From: a virus
Taxonomy: Duplodnaviria > Caudoviricetes
Strand: one strand, 5' to 3'
Virus record (IMG/VR): IMGVR_UViG_3300032261_000044
Location: 1-33,814 of that record
Length of the DNA: 33,814 nucleotides
The number at the start of each line of letters is the position of its first letter. The stretch's first letter is position 1. The notes under the pieces were generated by a model. It was not told the origin of the DNA. It ran no database searches and worked only from the letters and a program-made list of their open reading frames with translations. A program made the position numbers and the translations under genes. This document shows positions 8,023-16,837 of the stretch, piece by piece.

Positions 8023-11000
8023 GTTTCAGCGCAAGACCGTGCCGTTTCTGCATCGCGGGATGAACTGGAATTCTCCCGTGGAAAAGCTCCAGGACGGACA
8101 GGTGTCCTGGGCCAAGAACGTGCGCGTGCTCGAGCAGGGTACGGTCTCCTCCGCGCACGGCCACACCCTGGACTTCGATGGCATCCCCGCGAATTATCTG
8201 CATTCGATCTCGCGGTTGAATGTCCTGAGCCAGGCCACCGAACCCGGCGGCGTGATGGCCTTCGACCAGAACCTGCGGCGCACTTACGTGTTGGGCGCGG
8301 ATCAGAACCTCTACGTCTTTCAGGACCAGGCCACGCTGGCCAACGCCAGCCTCAATCCCGTCCGGACTCCGCAGGCCGCGACCAACGGATTCAGCGGCAA
8401 TCCGCTCAGCATCATCGATGTCGAGCCTGCCGGTGCGGCGGTCGCTTGGAAGTATATCGCCGACTCCAAGCAGATGGTCACGGTGGGCTACTATCCAGGC
8501 GATGCCAAGGGCTCGCAGATGGCGCGCTGTCTGCAGATCGGCCTGCCGGTGCCGGTGTCGACCAGCATCCCCACCATGGTCAGTGGCGGGAATCTTCTCG
8601 GCGGCTATCAGTGGGCCTTCGCCTATCGCAACATCCAGACCGGCGCACGCTCCAACCCCTCCGCCGCCACGCGCGCCAACACCAAATATCCGGCCACCCG
8701 GATGACGTCGGACGGCACGCCCACCGGCACCTCCGTGCCGTTTCATGTCACGCTGCAGTTGCCCAGTGTTCCGCTCGATCCGCAGGCCGTGCCGCCCGCA
8801 GCCGATACGCACATCGTGGTGGATGTCTACCGCTTCGGCGGCAACATCCTCCGCTGGGCGCTGGTGGGAACCGGCGCAGGCGGCAGCACCTTCACCGACG
8901 ACACGCCCGATCTGAATCTCCTGGCTGCGCCTTCCCCGCCGCAAGTTACTGACGCCTCCACCGGACTGACCAGGTTCAACTTGTACCAGCCGTTTGTTAC
9001 CCAGGACATCCGCCGCCAGGGCAGCGGCACGCTGTCGCAGCAGGGCACGATCAATGTTCCCGGCGAGACGCCGCCCGTCAACCGGGCCATCTGGACTTTG
9101 AACGACAACAACCACGCCTTCAAGACGAACTGGATACCAGGGTCAACCATCTACGTGAATGGTCAGGCCTTCAGCATTTACCAGGTGTGGTCGGACAATA
9201 TCATCGAGCTGGCCCAGGATTTGAACGGCGTGCTCACCGCTGGTGCGGTGACCTGGTCCACCAACGCGGGAACGCTCATGAGCGGCCAGCCGCTGCCGCA
9301 TATCTGGGGCCCGTACGGCGTCGGCCAAAGCGGCTCCTATGTCTTCGCGTGCGGCGATCCCAACGCGCGCGGAACGCTCTACTGGACCAACGGGAACGAT
9401 CCCGATTCGACCGACATCGTGAATAACATCGTCGTGACTTCGCCTTCCGAGAAGCTGGTGACGGGCGCAGTCTACGACGGCCAGCCTTACTGCTGGAGTA
9501 CGGAGAGACAATTTCAGATCTTTCCCTCCTTGACGATCTTCGGGCAATTCACGACGCAGGAGGTGGCGGGAGCCAAGGGGGTGTGGCTGGAGTGGAGCCT
9601 GTCGGTGCAGTCCAATGGCCTGGCGGATCAGTCGGTCAGCTGGCGCGGCAAAGACGGCATCTACGATTGGAGCGCGGGCGGCGGGCTGGTGCGTCTCACC
9701 GATCCGCTCTATTCGTTTTTCCCGCATGACAACAATCCCGGCATCGCGCCCGAGGGCATCCTGCCGTTTATCGGCACGGGCTCGCACCACCCGGAGAGCG
9801 TCGGCAGCCTGGACGACACTCTGCCCAAATATCATCGGCTGTGCTGGTTTCAGGGGCTGCTCTACTACGACTTCGTGGCCAATATTCCGGAACCGGCCAG
9901 CCCCAACGTGGGCATCTCCAACTGGTCCACCCTGATCTGGGACTCGGTCAATATCCCCGGCGGCGGCTGGGTCTCGCTCGATCAGCCGTTTGCCTCCGCA
10001 GGCAAGCCCGAGACGCTTTATCCCATCGTGCACGGCATCGACATCGGTGCCAACGATCCCGCCTTCGATGCCACGCCGCAAACCAGCGCTTTCGGGCCCA
10101 TCTACGGCCCCATGTCGCGCGGGGGCTCGCTCAAGGTGCTGTGGGGAGGCCCGTCGTCTCTGGTGAGCGGCGGCTCGGCGGGCGGGGGCACCATCTTCGA
10201 CTACTACGGCCTGACCAGGGGGTTCGAATCGCGCTTCATGACCCGCGCCGAGGACGCGGGCGACCCGCGCCTGATGAAGCTCTGGGGCGATTACTGGATC
10301 GACTGCACGCCCCTGGCGCAGTTCACGGTCTATCCGCTGGCTTCCTTCAACACGCTGGCGCTCGAGCCGCGCACCGTGCCGGTAGGGCCCAGCACGCTGG
10401 GCGTGCGCATGCAGTTCCCGCTCGATTTTCTCGAGTTCGTGAACGCCGGGGGCTGGGGACTGCTCTCGCCTACTCTCGGGCTGGATGTGATCTGGGTAGG
10501 CAACAGCGGCCAGTTCGCGGCCTCGCTCAATGAATGGCAGCCCACGTTTGTCATCAAGCCGGAGCTGATCGAATTCCGCGCCACCGACCGCGACGACCAG
10601 GGACTCAACAAGGCGAAATATCTGATGGGCTGCAACATCGAGGCGGACACGCGCGAGTTCATCGATCCCACCACCGGCCTGCCGCTGATCGCGCCCAATA
10701 TCACCCAGACCATCAACGTCAACGTCATCGTGGACAACAACGTGGTGGCGACTTTGACCCTCTACCATCCCGGCCAGACGGAGAAGCCCTACGGCTTTGA
10801 GCCGGTGGCCGGTTACGAGTTTCAGGTGCAGTTTCAGTTCGAGACCCAGGCCACCGTGTGGTGGCAGCTCTATAAAGTCAGCTGGATCTTCGAGCCCTGG
10901 CCGGACGACGTGGCGCGCAAGTATCCCTTCACCAACCTGGGCGACACCAGCGACAAATTCATCCAGGGCATTGTCCTGCCCATGGAAACCGGCGGCAAGG

Positions 11001-11557
11001 ACACCACCGTGGGCGTCTGGTTCGACGACAGCAACCAGACCGAGGCCTGGACCAAGAGCACCCTCCCTTTGAAGAAGACCGGCGTGGTGCTGGATATGCC
11101 GCAGCCGATCATTGCGCACTTCATCCAGTTTCAGACCGTCACTCCGGGCCGCATCTGGCCGGAGGAAGCCAAGGTGGTGTGGGAGCCCGTCCCCGAGCTG
11201 ACCAATACCTGGCAGACGCAGGAGACCGATCACGATCTGGCCACCTGGCACCATTTGCGCGACTGTTTCATTGCCTATATGGGTAATGGGGATGCGCCCG
11301 TGCTCGAGATCGATGACGAGTACGAAACCATGCGCTATACGCTCGATCCGGCGGCGGTGAATCAGTTCGTGCGCGCCTACCGGGTGCTCAAGCCGATGAA
11401 GGCCAAGTGGCACCGCTACCGCGTTACCTCGGTTGCGGGCATCCGCCTCTACGTCAAGGACACGGTGGTGCGGCTCAAGGAGTGGGGCAGCACGGGTCCG
11501 TACCTCAACGCGCAACCGTTCGGCGATCTGAGCCGAGCTTCGGGAGCAAGAATGTGA
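8015..11557 (+). CDS. large tail protein, probably nozzle/stabilisation type
   Basis: About 1180 aa from MPEFQRK; beta-rich; position between adaptor and ejection genes. Confidence 0.6.
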   Translation: MPEFQRKTVPFLHRGMNWNSPVEKLQDGQVSWAKNVRVLEQGTVSSAHGHTLDFDGIPANYLHSISRLNVLSQATEPGGVMAFDQNLRRTYVLGADQNLYVFQDQATLANASLNPVRTPQAATNGFSGNPLSIIDVEPAGAAVAWKYIADSKQMVTVGYYPGDAKGSQMARCLQIGLPVPVSTSIPTMVSGGNLLGGYQWAFAYRNIQTGARSNPSAATRANTKYPATRMTSDGTPTGTSVPFHVTLQLPSVPLDPQAVPPAADTHIVVDVYRFGGNILRWALVGTGAGGSTFTDDTPDLNLLAAPSPPQVTDASTGLTRFNLYQPFVTQDIRRQGSGTLSQQGTINVPGETPPVNRAIWTLNDNNHAFKTNWIPGSTIYVNGQAFSIYQVWSDNIIELAQDLNGVLTAGAVTWSTNAGTLMSGQPLPHIWGPYGVGQSGSYVFACGDPNARGTLYWTNGNDPDSTDIVNNIVVTSPSEKLVTGAVYDGQPYCWSTERQFQIFPSLTIFGQFTTQEVAGAKGVWLEWSLSVQSNGLADQSVSWRGKDGIYDWSAGGGLVRLTDPLYSFFPHDNNPGIAPEGILPFIGTGSHHPESVGSLDDTLPKYHRLCWFQGLLYYDFVANIPEPASPNVGISNWSTLIWDSVNIPGGGWVSLDQPFASAGKPETLYPIVHGIDIGANDPAFDATPQTSAFGPIYGPMSRGGSLKVLWGGPSSLVSGGSAGGGTIFDYYGLTRGFESRFMTRAEDAGDPRLMKLWGDYWIDCTPLAQFTVYPLASFNTLALEPRTVPVGPSTLGVRMQFPLDFLEFVNAGGWGLLSPTLGLDVIWVGNSGQFAASLNEWQPTFVIKPELIEFRATDRDDQGLNKAKYLMGCNIEADTREFIDPTTGLPLIAPNITQTINVNVIVDNNVVATLTLYHPGQTEKPYGFEPVAGYEFQVQFQFETQATVWWQLYKVSWIFEPWPDDVARKYPFTNLGDTSDKFIQGIVLPMETGGKDTTVGVWFDDSNQTEAWTKSTLPLKKTGVVLDMPQPIIAHFIQFQTVTPGRIWPEEAKVVWEPVPELTNTWQTQETDHDLATWHHLRDCFIAYMGNGDAPVLEIDDEYETMRYTLDPAAVNQFVRAYRVLKPMKAKWHRYRVTSVAGIRLYVKDTVVRLKEWGSTGPYLNAQPFGDLSRASGARM

Positions 11558-11895
11558 GCACCTCCGGCGTTCCCGGCCCTCCCAGCCAGCCTGCCAGCGG
11601 ATGGTTCCCCAATCTCGAAGGCCTCAATTTGCCGCGCGCCCTGACCAATGGCCTGCAGCAGGGCTTTTCGCTCATTTATTCGCTGCGCGATGCGGTGAAC
11701 CAGCTCCAGGCGACGGTTCAGGCCATGATCCAGTACGGCACCAGCGGGCAGCGAGGGAAGGTGAATGCGCAGGCGGTCCCCAACGGAGCACTGTACTTGG
11801 AGACCGACACCGGGAAGATCTATCAATCGCGTCTCAGTTCCAACTCGACCACCCGGACCTGGATTTTGGTGGTCAATGGAGTACCGGGGCCATAA
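11554..11895 (+). CDS. hypothetical virion protein
   Basis: GTGA overlap with the upstream stop; contains GALYLETDTGKIY, a motif seen in fibre-like proteins. Confidence 0.55.
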   Translation: MSTSGVPGPPSQPASGWFPNLEGLNLPRALTNGLQQGFSLIYSLRDAVNQLQATVQAMIQYGTSGQRGKVNAQAVPNGALYLETDTGKIYQSRLSSNSTTRTWILVVNGVPGP

Positions 11896-11915
11896 TATAA
11901 CCCAAGGAGCAGGCG

Positions 11916-12719
11916 TTGGCTACCACGATCGTTTCGCCATCCGGCGGTTCGGTTCCCGGCATGGACCAGATCGACCATGCCTTTGGCCGGATCTATAACA
12001 TGTTCGGCAACCTGGGCGGGAGTAACTACTCCACCGGAGGTTTCGGGCCCGGGGGCGTGTCGCCGCAGCCGGTATCGGGATCGGACAACTCGCTGACCGC
12101 GTTCTGGCGCGGGTTGAGCAACCTGGCAGGCACATCCGTTCCCAGTTTCCTCGAGGCGGGCGGCAATCTGCTGGGCACCGGCATGGGCGTGACCCAGGGA
12201 GGCCTGGGCATGACCGGGACCGGCTTCGGGACCACGCAGCGGGGCCTGGAGACTCTGCAGCCCTCGATCGACTTCTACCAGAAGCTGCTCTCGGGCGATC
12301 CCACGGCGGCCACCGCCGCGCTCGCTCCCACGGCGGCGAATATCGCCAACATCACGGCGGGCGCGACCAACCAGGCCGGCCAGGGAATGCCGGGCGGGGG
12401 CTACCGCGCGGCTACGCTGGCGGGCCTGCCGTTTGCGCAGGCCGCGCAGGTAGGCAATGCAGCCCTGCAGCTGCAGCCAGCGGCGGCTCAGGCACTGGGC
12501 CAGCTGGGCGGCGAGCAGGCGCAAATCGGCGCGGAGCAGGCCGGGATCGGCCAGGGCGTTTCGGCGACCGGGCTGGGCGTCGGGCAATTGGGCACCGTGC
12601 TTACCGGCCAGGGCCTGCAGACTTTGCAAAACACCATCGCGGATATCTTGTCCAAGATGGGGATCAACATTCAGGGCGGGACCGCGAACCTGTTCAGCCA
12701 GGTCGTGGGCTCGCTGTAG
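11916..12719 (+). CDS. Gly/Ala/Gln-rich putative ejection (pilot) protein
   Basis: 267 aa, AAGGAG RBS, low-complexity helical composition typical of internal virion proteins. Confidence 0.55.
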   Translation: MATTIVSPSGGSVPGMDQIDHAFGRIYNMFGNLGGSNYSTGGFGPGGVSPQPVSGSDNSLTAFWRGLSNLAGTSVPSFLEAGGNLLGTGMGVTQGGLGMTGTGFGTTQRGLETLQPSIDFYQKLLSGDPTAATAALAPTAANIANITAGATNQAGQGMPGGGYRAATLAGLPFAQAAQVGNAALQLQPAAAQALGQLGGEQAQIGAEQAGIGQGVSATGLGVGQLGTVLTGQGLQTLQNTIADILSKMGINIQGGTANLFSQVVGSL

Positions 12720-12729
12720 GAGGTCTCTT

Positions 12730-13044
12730 ATGGGACTGTTTCGTGACATTGCCAGAGCCGCCACCGCCGGGGGCGCAGGGGCCGCCGCCGGGGGTGCCAG
12801 CGGAGGCACAGCGGCAGCGGGCGGAACGAGTGCAGACGAAGAGAGTTTCGGCAGCAAAGCCGGACGGATAGCCAAACGCGCGGGCAAATCGATAATGGAG
12901 TCGCCGAAAAGACAGGTGGGCGTGGACACCGGCCAGTATTCGGTTGGCTCCATGGGCTTGGCGGGCTCCGTTCCCGGCCAATCGTCCGACAGCGACTTTT
13001 CCAACGGACGCCGCAAGCGCAGCAACGGCAAAAACAGGGGGTGA
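12730..13044 (+). CDS. small putative internal virion protein (MGLFRDI N-terminus)
   Basis: AGGAGG RBS before ATG 12730; Gly/Ala-rich with a basic tail. Confidence 0.6.
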   Translation: MGLFRDIARAATAGGAGAAAGGASGGTAAAGGTSADEESFGSKAGRIAKRAGKSIMESPKRQVGVDTGQYSVGSMGLAGSVPGQSSDSDFSNGRRKRSNGKNRG

Positions 13045-13047
13045 GCC

Positions 13048-14049
13048 ATGAGTCTGGATCTTTTATTGGGGGCCACCAGCGTGGTGGGAATGGCCGGGGG
13101 CGTCTGGGCGCTGGTGCTGCACCGCAAAAACGGCAACGGGAACGGCAAGCCCGCGCCCGAGGCGCATGTCGCCCAGATCAAGCCGCCCGCCTGGACCGAG
13201 AACCTGGAGCAGGTCGCGGATGTGTGCCGACAGGCGGGGACCGATCTCGAACATAGCCTGGGGAGCTACGTCCTGCGGCTGGAGGCGCTCTCCACCATTC
13301 CGCCGCCTCCTCCTCCGGAGCTTACGGCTAATCTGGAGCGCATTAACGACCGCCTGGAGGGCCTTCTCCGGCTGGGGCCGCCACCGGCTCCGCCGGACTT
13401 AACGCCCAGCCTGGAGGCCATCGCGGATCGCCTGGAGGAAGTGGCGGCTTCGATCCCCGAACTGGATGGCCGTCCCGAGCTGGCCGCCGCGCTGGCGCGC
13501 GGCCTGGCGGAGCTGCCCGCGCTGCTTTCCCGCCAGGTGGCGGAGATCGTGGCCGCCGAGCGCAAATCCATGCAGCCGCTGTTGAGTGCAGCGGCGGGAT
13601 TTCTCACGAGCCCGCCGCCCGCCACGATTGCGGTCCAGGGCGGGACCAATTGGCCCGGGCCCCCACGGCTCACGGGTCCGGCTCCCGCTTTGCCGAAAGC
13701 GCCGAGCCCGCCGCCGCCGATCCCGTCGGTTCCGCCTCCCTACGTGGGCGGAACGGTGTGGACTCCGGCGGGAACGGTCGCCAATCTGCTGCTGTTGATT
13801 CAGCAGCAGCTGGCTCCCAACTGCCCGGGCACCTGCGTGGAGTTCCGGCTGGAGGCGGACGCCGAGGTTTATGTGGGGGCCGCTTCGTCCATCGGCGGCG
13901 CGCTCACCACTACCAACTACGCTTATGCTCTGGCGGCGGCTACGCCGCGCCTCTACCGCTCCAACTTTGCGGGCAGCTCCACCCCCATCGGCGATCTGCA
14001 GGTGCTGGCCAGCGTGGCCACGGCGCTGCATGTCGAGGTGCAACTCTAG
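13048..14049 (+). CDS. membrane-anchored Pro-rich protein with C-terminal beta domain
   Basis: N-terminal hydrophobic helix, helical/Pro repeats, C-terminal domain paralogous to 14063-14428. Confidence 0.65.
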   Translation: MSLDLLLGATSVVGMAGGVWALVLHRKNGNGNGKPAPEAHVAQIKPPAWTENLEQVADVCRQAGTDLEHSLGSYVLRLEALSTIPPPPPPELTANLERINDRLEGLLRLGPPPAPPDLTPSLEAIADRLEEVAASIPELDGRPELAAALARGLAELPALLSRQVAEIVAAERKSMQPLLSAAAGFLTSPPPATIAVQGGTNWPGPPRLTGPAPALPKAPSPPPPIPSVPPPYVGGTVWTPAGTVANLLLLIQQQLAPNCPGTCVEFRLEADAEVYVGAASSIGGALTTTNYAYALAAATPRLYRSNFAGSSTPIGDLQVLASVATALHVEVQL

Positions 14050-14062
14050 GAGAGTCATAGTC

Positions 14063-14428
14063 ATGGCCACACCAATCCCACCCAGACCTTCGGTTCCCAC
14101 GCCGTATGTTGCTGGCACGGTTTCGATTCCGGCGAATCAGCCATCGAGTCTTCTGGACCTGATCCAGCAGCAGATCAGCCGCGACTGTCCGGGCACGTCG
14201 GTGGAATTCCTGCTCTGGCCGGACCCTTGCAATCAGGCACCCATCTGGGTCGGGGCTTTCATGCAGATCCCGGGTCCGCTCGACGTGACCAAGTACGCGT
14301 ATTACCTCACGCCCATGGCAGAGCCACGCCTTTACCGCAGCTCGTATCCGGGGACTTCTACGGTAATCGGCGTGGTGCAGGTGTTTTCCCAGCCCCCGGC
14401 CAAGCTGCACGTGGAAGTTCAGGAGTAG
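14063..14428 (+). CDS. stand-alone paralogue of the preceding C-terminal domain
   Basis: AGGAG RBS; MATPIPPRPSVPTPYVAGTV...LHVEVQE, 121 aa. Confidence 0.7.
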   Translation: MATPIPPRPSVPTPYVAGTVSIPANQPSSLLDLIQQQISRDCPGTSVEFLLWPDPCNQAPIWVGAFMQIPGPLDVTKYAYYLTPMAEPRLYRSSYPGTSTVIGVVQVFSQPPAKLHVEVQE

Positions 14429-14436
14429 GAGGTCTT

Positions 14437-14646
14437 ATGGGTTTAATCCGCGATATCGTGTCCGGAGTCACCGGCATCCCGCTGGGCGGCTCGAAGCGCT
14501 CGACGAGCAATAACACCAGCTCCGATACGGATGAGACCGACGATCCCGGAGCCGGTTCCGGCTACGGCGAGAAGTACGGCACCAGGGTGCTGCGCGCCGT
14601 CAAGCGATCCACCAGGCGCATCGGCGACAAGGGGGAGGGACGATGA
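14437..14646 (+). CDS. small putative internal virion protein (MGLIRDI N-terminus)
   Basis: AGGAGG RBS; 69 aa with an acidic middle and basic tail. Confidence 0.6.
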   Translation: MGLIRDIVSGVTGIPLGGSKRSTSNNTSSDTDETDDPGAGSGYGEKYGTRVLRAVKRSTRRIGDKGEGR

Positions 14647-14819
14647 TGACCGGCGATGTGCGCGACAAGTTCGATCTGATGGCGGCCCGCCACGATCACC
14701 GCCGCGCGGCCCAGGCCGGCGGTCCCCGGCAGATGGCGCGCGACTACGGGCGGGCGCGCGGCTCCGACCGCTTCCCCGCCAAGTCCGTGCGCAAGCCCAA
14801 ACGATCCGGAAAGCGCTAA
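14643..14819 (+). CDS. 58-aa basic peptide (not in ORF track)
   Basis: GGAGG RBS, ATGA and TAATG overlaps at both ends; MMTGDVRDKF...RKPKRSGKR. Confidence 0.55.
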   Translation: MMTGDVRDKFDLMAARHDHRRAAQAGGPRQMARDYGRARGSDRFPAKSVRKPKRSGKR

Positions 14820-16834
14820 TGGGAATCTTTCGCGATCTGGTCAGCAACGTTGCCAATGCCCGCATGATGGAGGAGCAGCAGAAGCTCGCCTACAACCTCA
14901 GTCTGGGCACATCGCTGCTGAACCTGGCGCGGAACCCCACGGCCAAACCGGGGGAGCGGGCCGAGGCGGCATCGCTGTTCACCGATCTGATGAGCAAGCA
15001 TGGCGGCAAGCAGGGCAAGGCGCTGCAGCCCAGGATTCAGTCGCTGCTGACCGGATATATCTCCTCCACCATGGGCGGCAGTCAGCAGCCCGAAGATCAA
15101 CCTGGCGGAGCTACGCCTAGCGGATTGACCGGCCAGCAGCAGCCGTTTCCCGGCGTCGCGCCCGGGATTCGAGGCATACCCCAGCAGGAGCGGGAGCAGA
15201 TCGCGGGACAACTGGGCCCCCAGGCCACACCAGCCTCTTTGGCTACAGGGCAAGCTGGCCTCACGCCCGCCGCCCGGGCGCAAACGCAGATCCGGCAGCA
15301 GCGCGGCGGCTTCGGCGGCGCGCTCCGGCATCTCGCCGGAGGCCTGGGCACGGTGGGGAAGGAGATGCTGGGCGTGCCTCCCGGCCAGCCGGAGACGCCG
15401 TGGGACCCCAGGGCCTTCCAGATGACCCCGGAGCAGCAGCGCCGCTATGACTACGAGGAGAACCTGAAGATCGGCCAGGCCGCAGGCCTGCACGGCGATG
15501 CCCTGACCAATTATGCGCTCACCGGCAAGCCGCCGTCCGACTTCGGCAGGCTCACCGGGCCGACCGACGCGGAGATCCAGCAGGCGGGCGAGCAGTTCGA
15601 CAGGCTCATCGCGCCCCAGATGAAGCAATCGGGAATCGATGACCAGCGGATGGCGGCGGCGCGCGTGCAGTACGTGGCGGGTGTGAAGCTCGCCAATATG
15701 CCGCCCGAGCAGCTCTACACCTACACCGATGCCAACGGCGTGCCGCAGACTGTCGTGCGGCGCGGCGGCATGTGGGTGGACTCCAACACCGGCCAGCAGG
15801 CGGCGCTCCCGGCGGGCGTGCAGCCCGCGAGAATCGGTCAGCAGCGTGCTCCCACCGCAACCGACACGGCCCGCAGTCTGGCCGAAGCCGGATACGCCGC
15901 CGAAGTCCTGAAAAAGCCGGTGAGCCAGATGACGGACGAGGAGCGGCTCAAGGCCTGGGGATGGGGACGCCAGAAGATGACCATGGACCCGAGATTTGCG
16001 GTACAGATGGGCACGGTGCCCAGGACCCAGCAGAATCCCCAGGGCGATCCGGTCATCGATCTTTACGCCGAGGAGTTCATCACGCGCGGCTTCACGCTTC
16101 CCGGAGCCATGGGCGGCCAAGGCTTCCCGCGCCAGGAGCAGGTTGCGGCGCGCGCGGTCGAGATGCTGCAAACGGCGGGTTACAGCATCGGCGATCTGCC
16201 CGGTATCCGCGAAGGCATCAAGGCCAACGCGAAGGAGTTTGACAAGGTAGTGCAGATGGGCGGCCAGCTGGCCATCTTCAACGGCACCATCCAGTCGAAC
16301 CTCGCCAACCTGCGCGTGCTGAACGCCAAGTACGAGCGCAGCGATTTCCCGTTCGCCAACCGCGTGTGGAATGCCTGGACCACCGGCAAGGGCGACACCG
16401 GCGCCGTGAACTTTGCGGCGCAGCTTCACATCCTGGCCATCGAGTGGGCCAAGGCCATGACCGGGCTGATGTCCAATGCCAACGTGCAGGTCACTAGCGC
16501 CGCCGACGCCGAAGCCATCATGTCGCGCTACCTGTCAAAGTTTCAGGTCAACGAGCTGTTCGATCAGGTCATTGTGCCCGATCTGCAAGGCCGCGAAAAC
16601 GCCCAGAACAGGGAAAAGAGGGACCTGCAAAACGCCATCCGCAACTTCGGCACGCTCACCCCGCAGGAGCCCACGACCGGCGCGGCTACGCTGCCGCCGC
16701 CACAGAAGCAACCTGCGCCTACGCCTACGCCAACTCCTGCTCCGGCGCCCAGCCCCACTCCCGCGCCCCGCCAGGGCGGCCCCGGCGATAAGGTAATAGA
16801 GTACCTCAAGCGGCATCCGCTGCCGAAGCGATAA
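14819..16834 (+). CDS. large putative ejection/internal virion protein (MGIFRDL N-terminus)
   Basis: Likely start at TAATG 14819; Gln/Gly/Pro-rich, helical; position in the module. Confidence 0.6.
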   Translation: MGIFRDLVSNVANARMMEEQQKLAYNLSLGTSLLNLARNPTAKPGERAEAASLFTDLMSKHGGKQGKALQPRIQSLLTGYISSTMGGSQQPEDQPGGATPSGLTGQQQPFPGVAPGIRGIPQQEREQIAGQLGPQATPASLATGQAGLTPAARAQTQIRQQRGGFGGALRHLAGGLGTVGKEMLGVPPGQPETPWDPRAFQMTPEQQRRYDYEENLKIGQAAGLHGDALTNYALTGKPPSDFGRLTGPTDAEIQQAGEQFDRLIAPQMKQSGIDDQRMAAARVQYVAGVKLANMPPEQLYTYTDANGVPQTVVRRGGMWVDSNTGQQAALPAGVQPARIGQQRAPTATDTARSLAEAGYAAEVLKKPVSQMTDEERLKAWGWGRQKMTMDPRFAVQMGTVPRTQQNPQGDPVIDLYAEEFITRGFTLPGAMGGQGFPRQEQVAARAVEMLQTAGYSIGDLPGIREGIKANAKEFDKVVQMGGQLAIFNGTIQSNLANLRVLNAKYERSDFPFANRVWNAWTTGKGDTGAVNFAAQLHILAIEWAKAMTGLMSNANVQVTSAADAEAIMSRYLSKFQVNELFDQVIVPDLQGRENAQNREKRDLQNAIRNFGTLTPQEPTTGAATLPPPQKQPAPTPTPTPAPAPSPTPAPRQGGPGDKVIEYLKRHPLPKR

Positions 16835-16837
16835 GCC

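Noticed and set aside
9143-11515. Long antisense ORFs (also 251-1453, 11823-13181, 14816-16429, 31908-32861)
   Set aside because: Shadow frames of GC-rich genes, with no RBS or motifs.
16700-16770. Pro-Thr/Pro-Ala and Gly-X-Y nucleotide repeats (also 7545-7620)
   Set aside because: Explained by low-complexity protein linkers.
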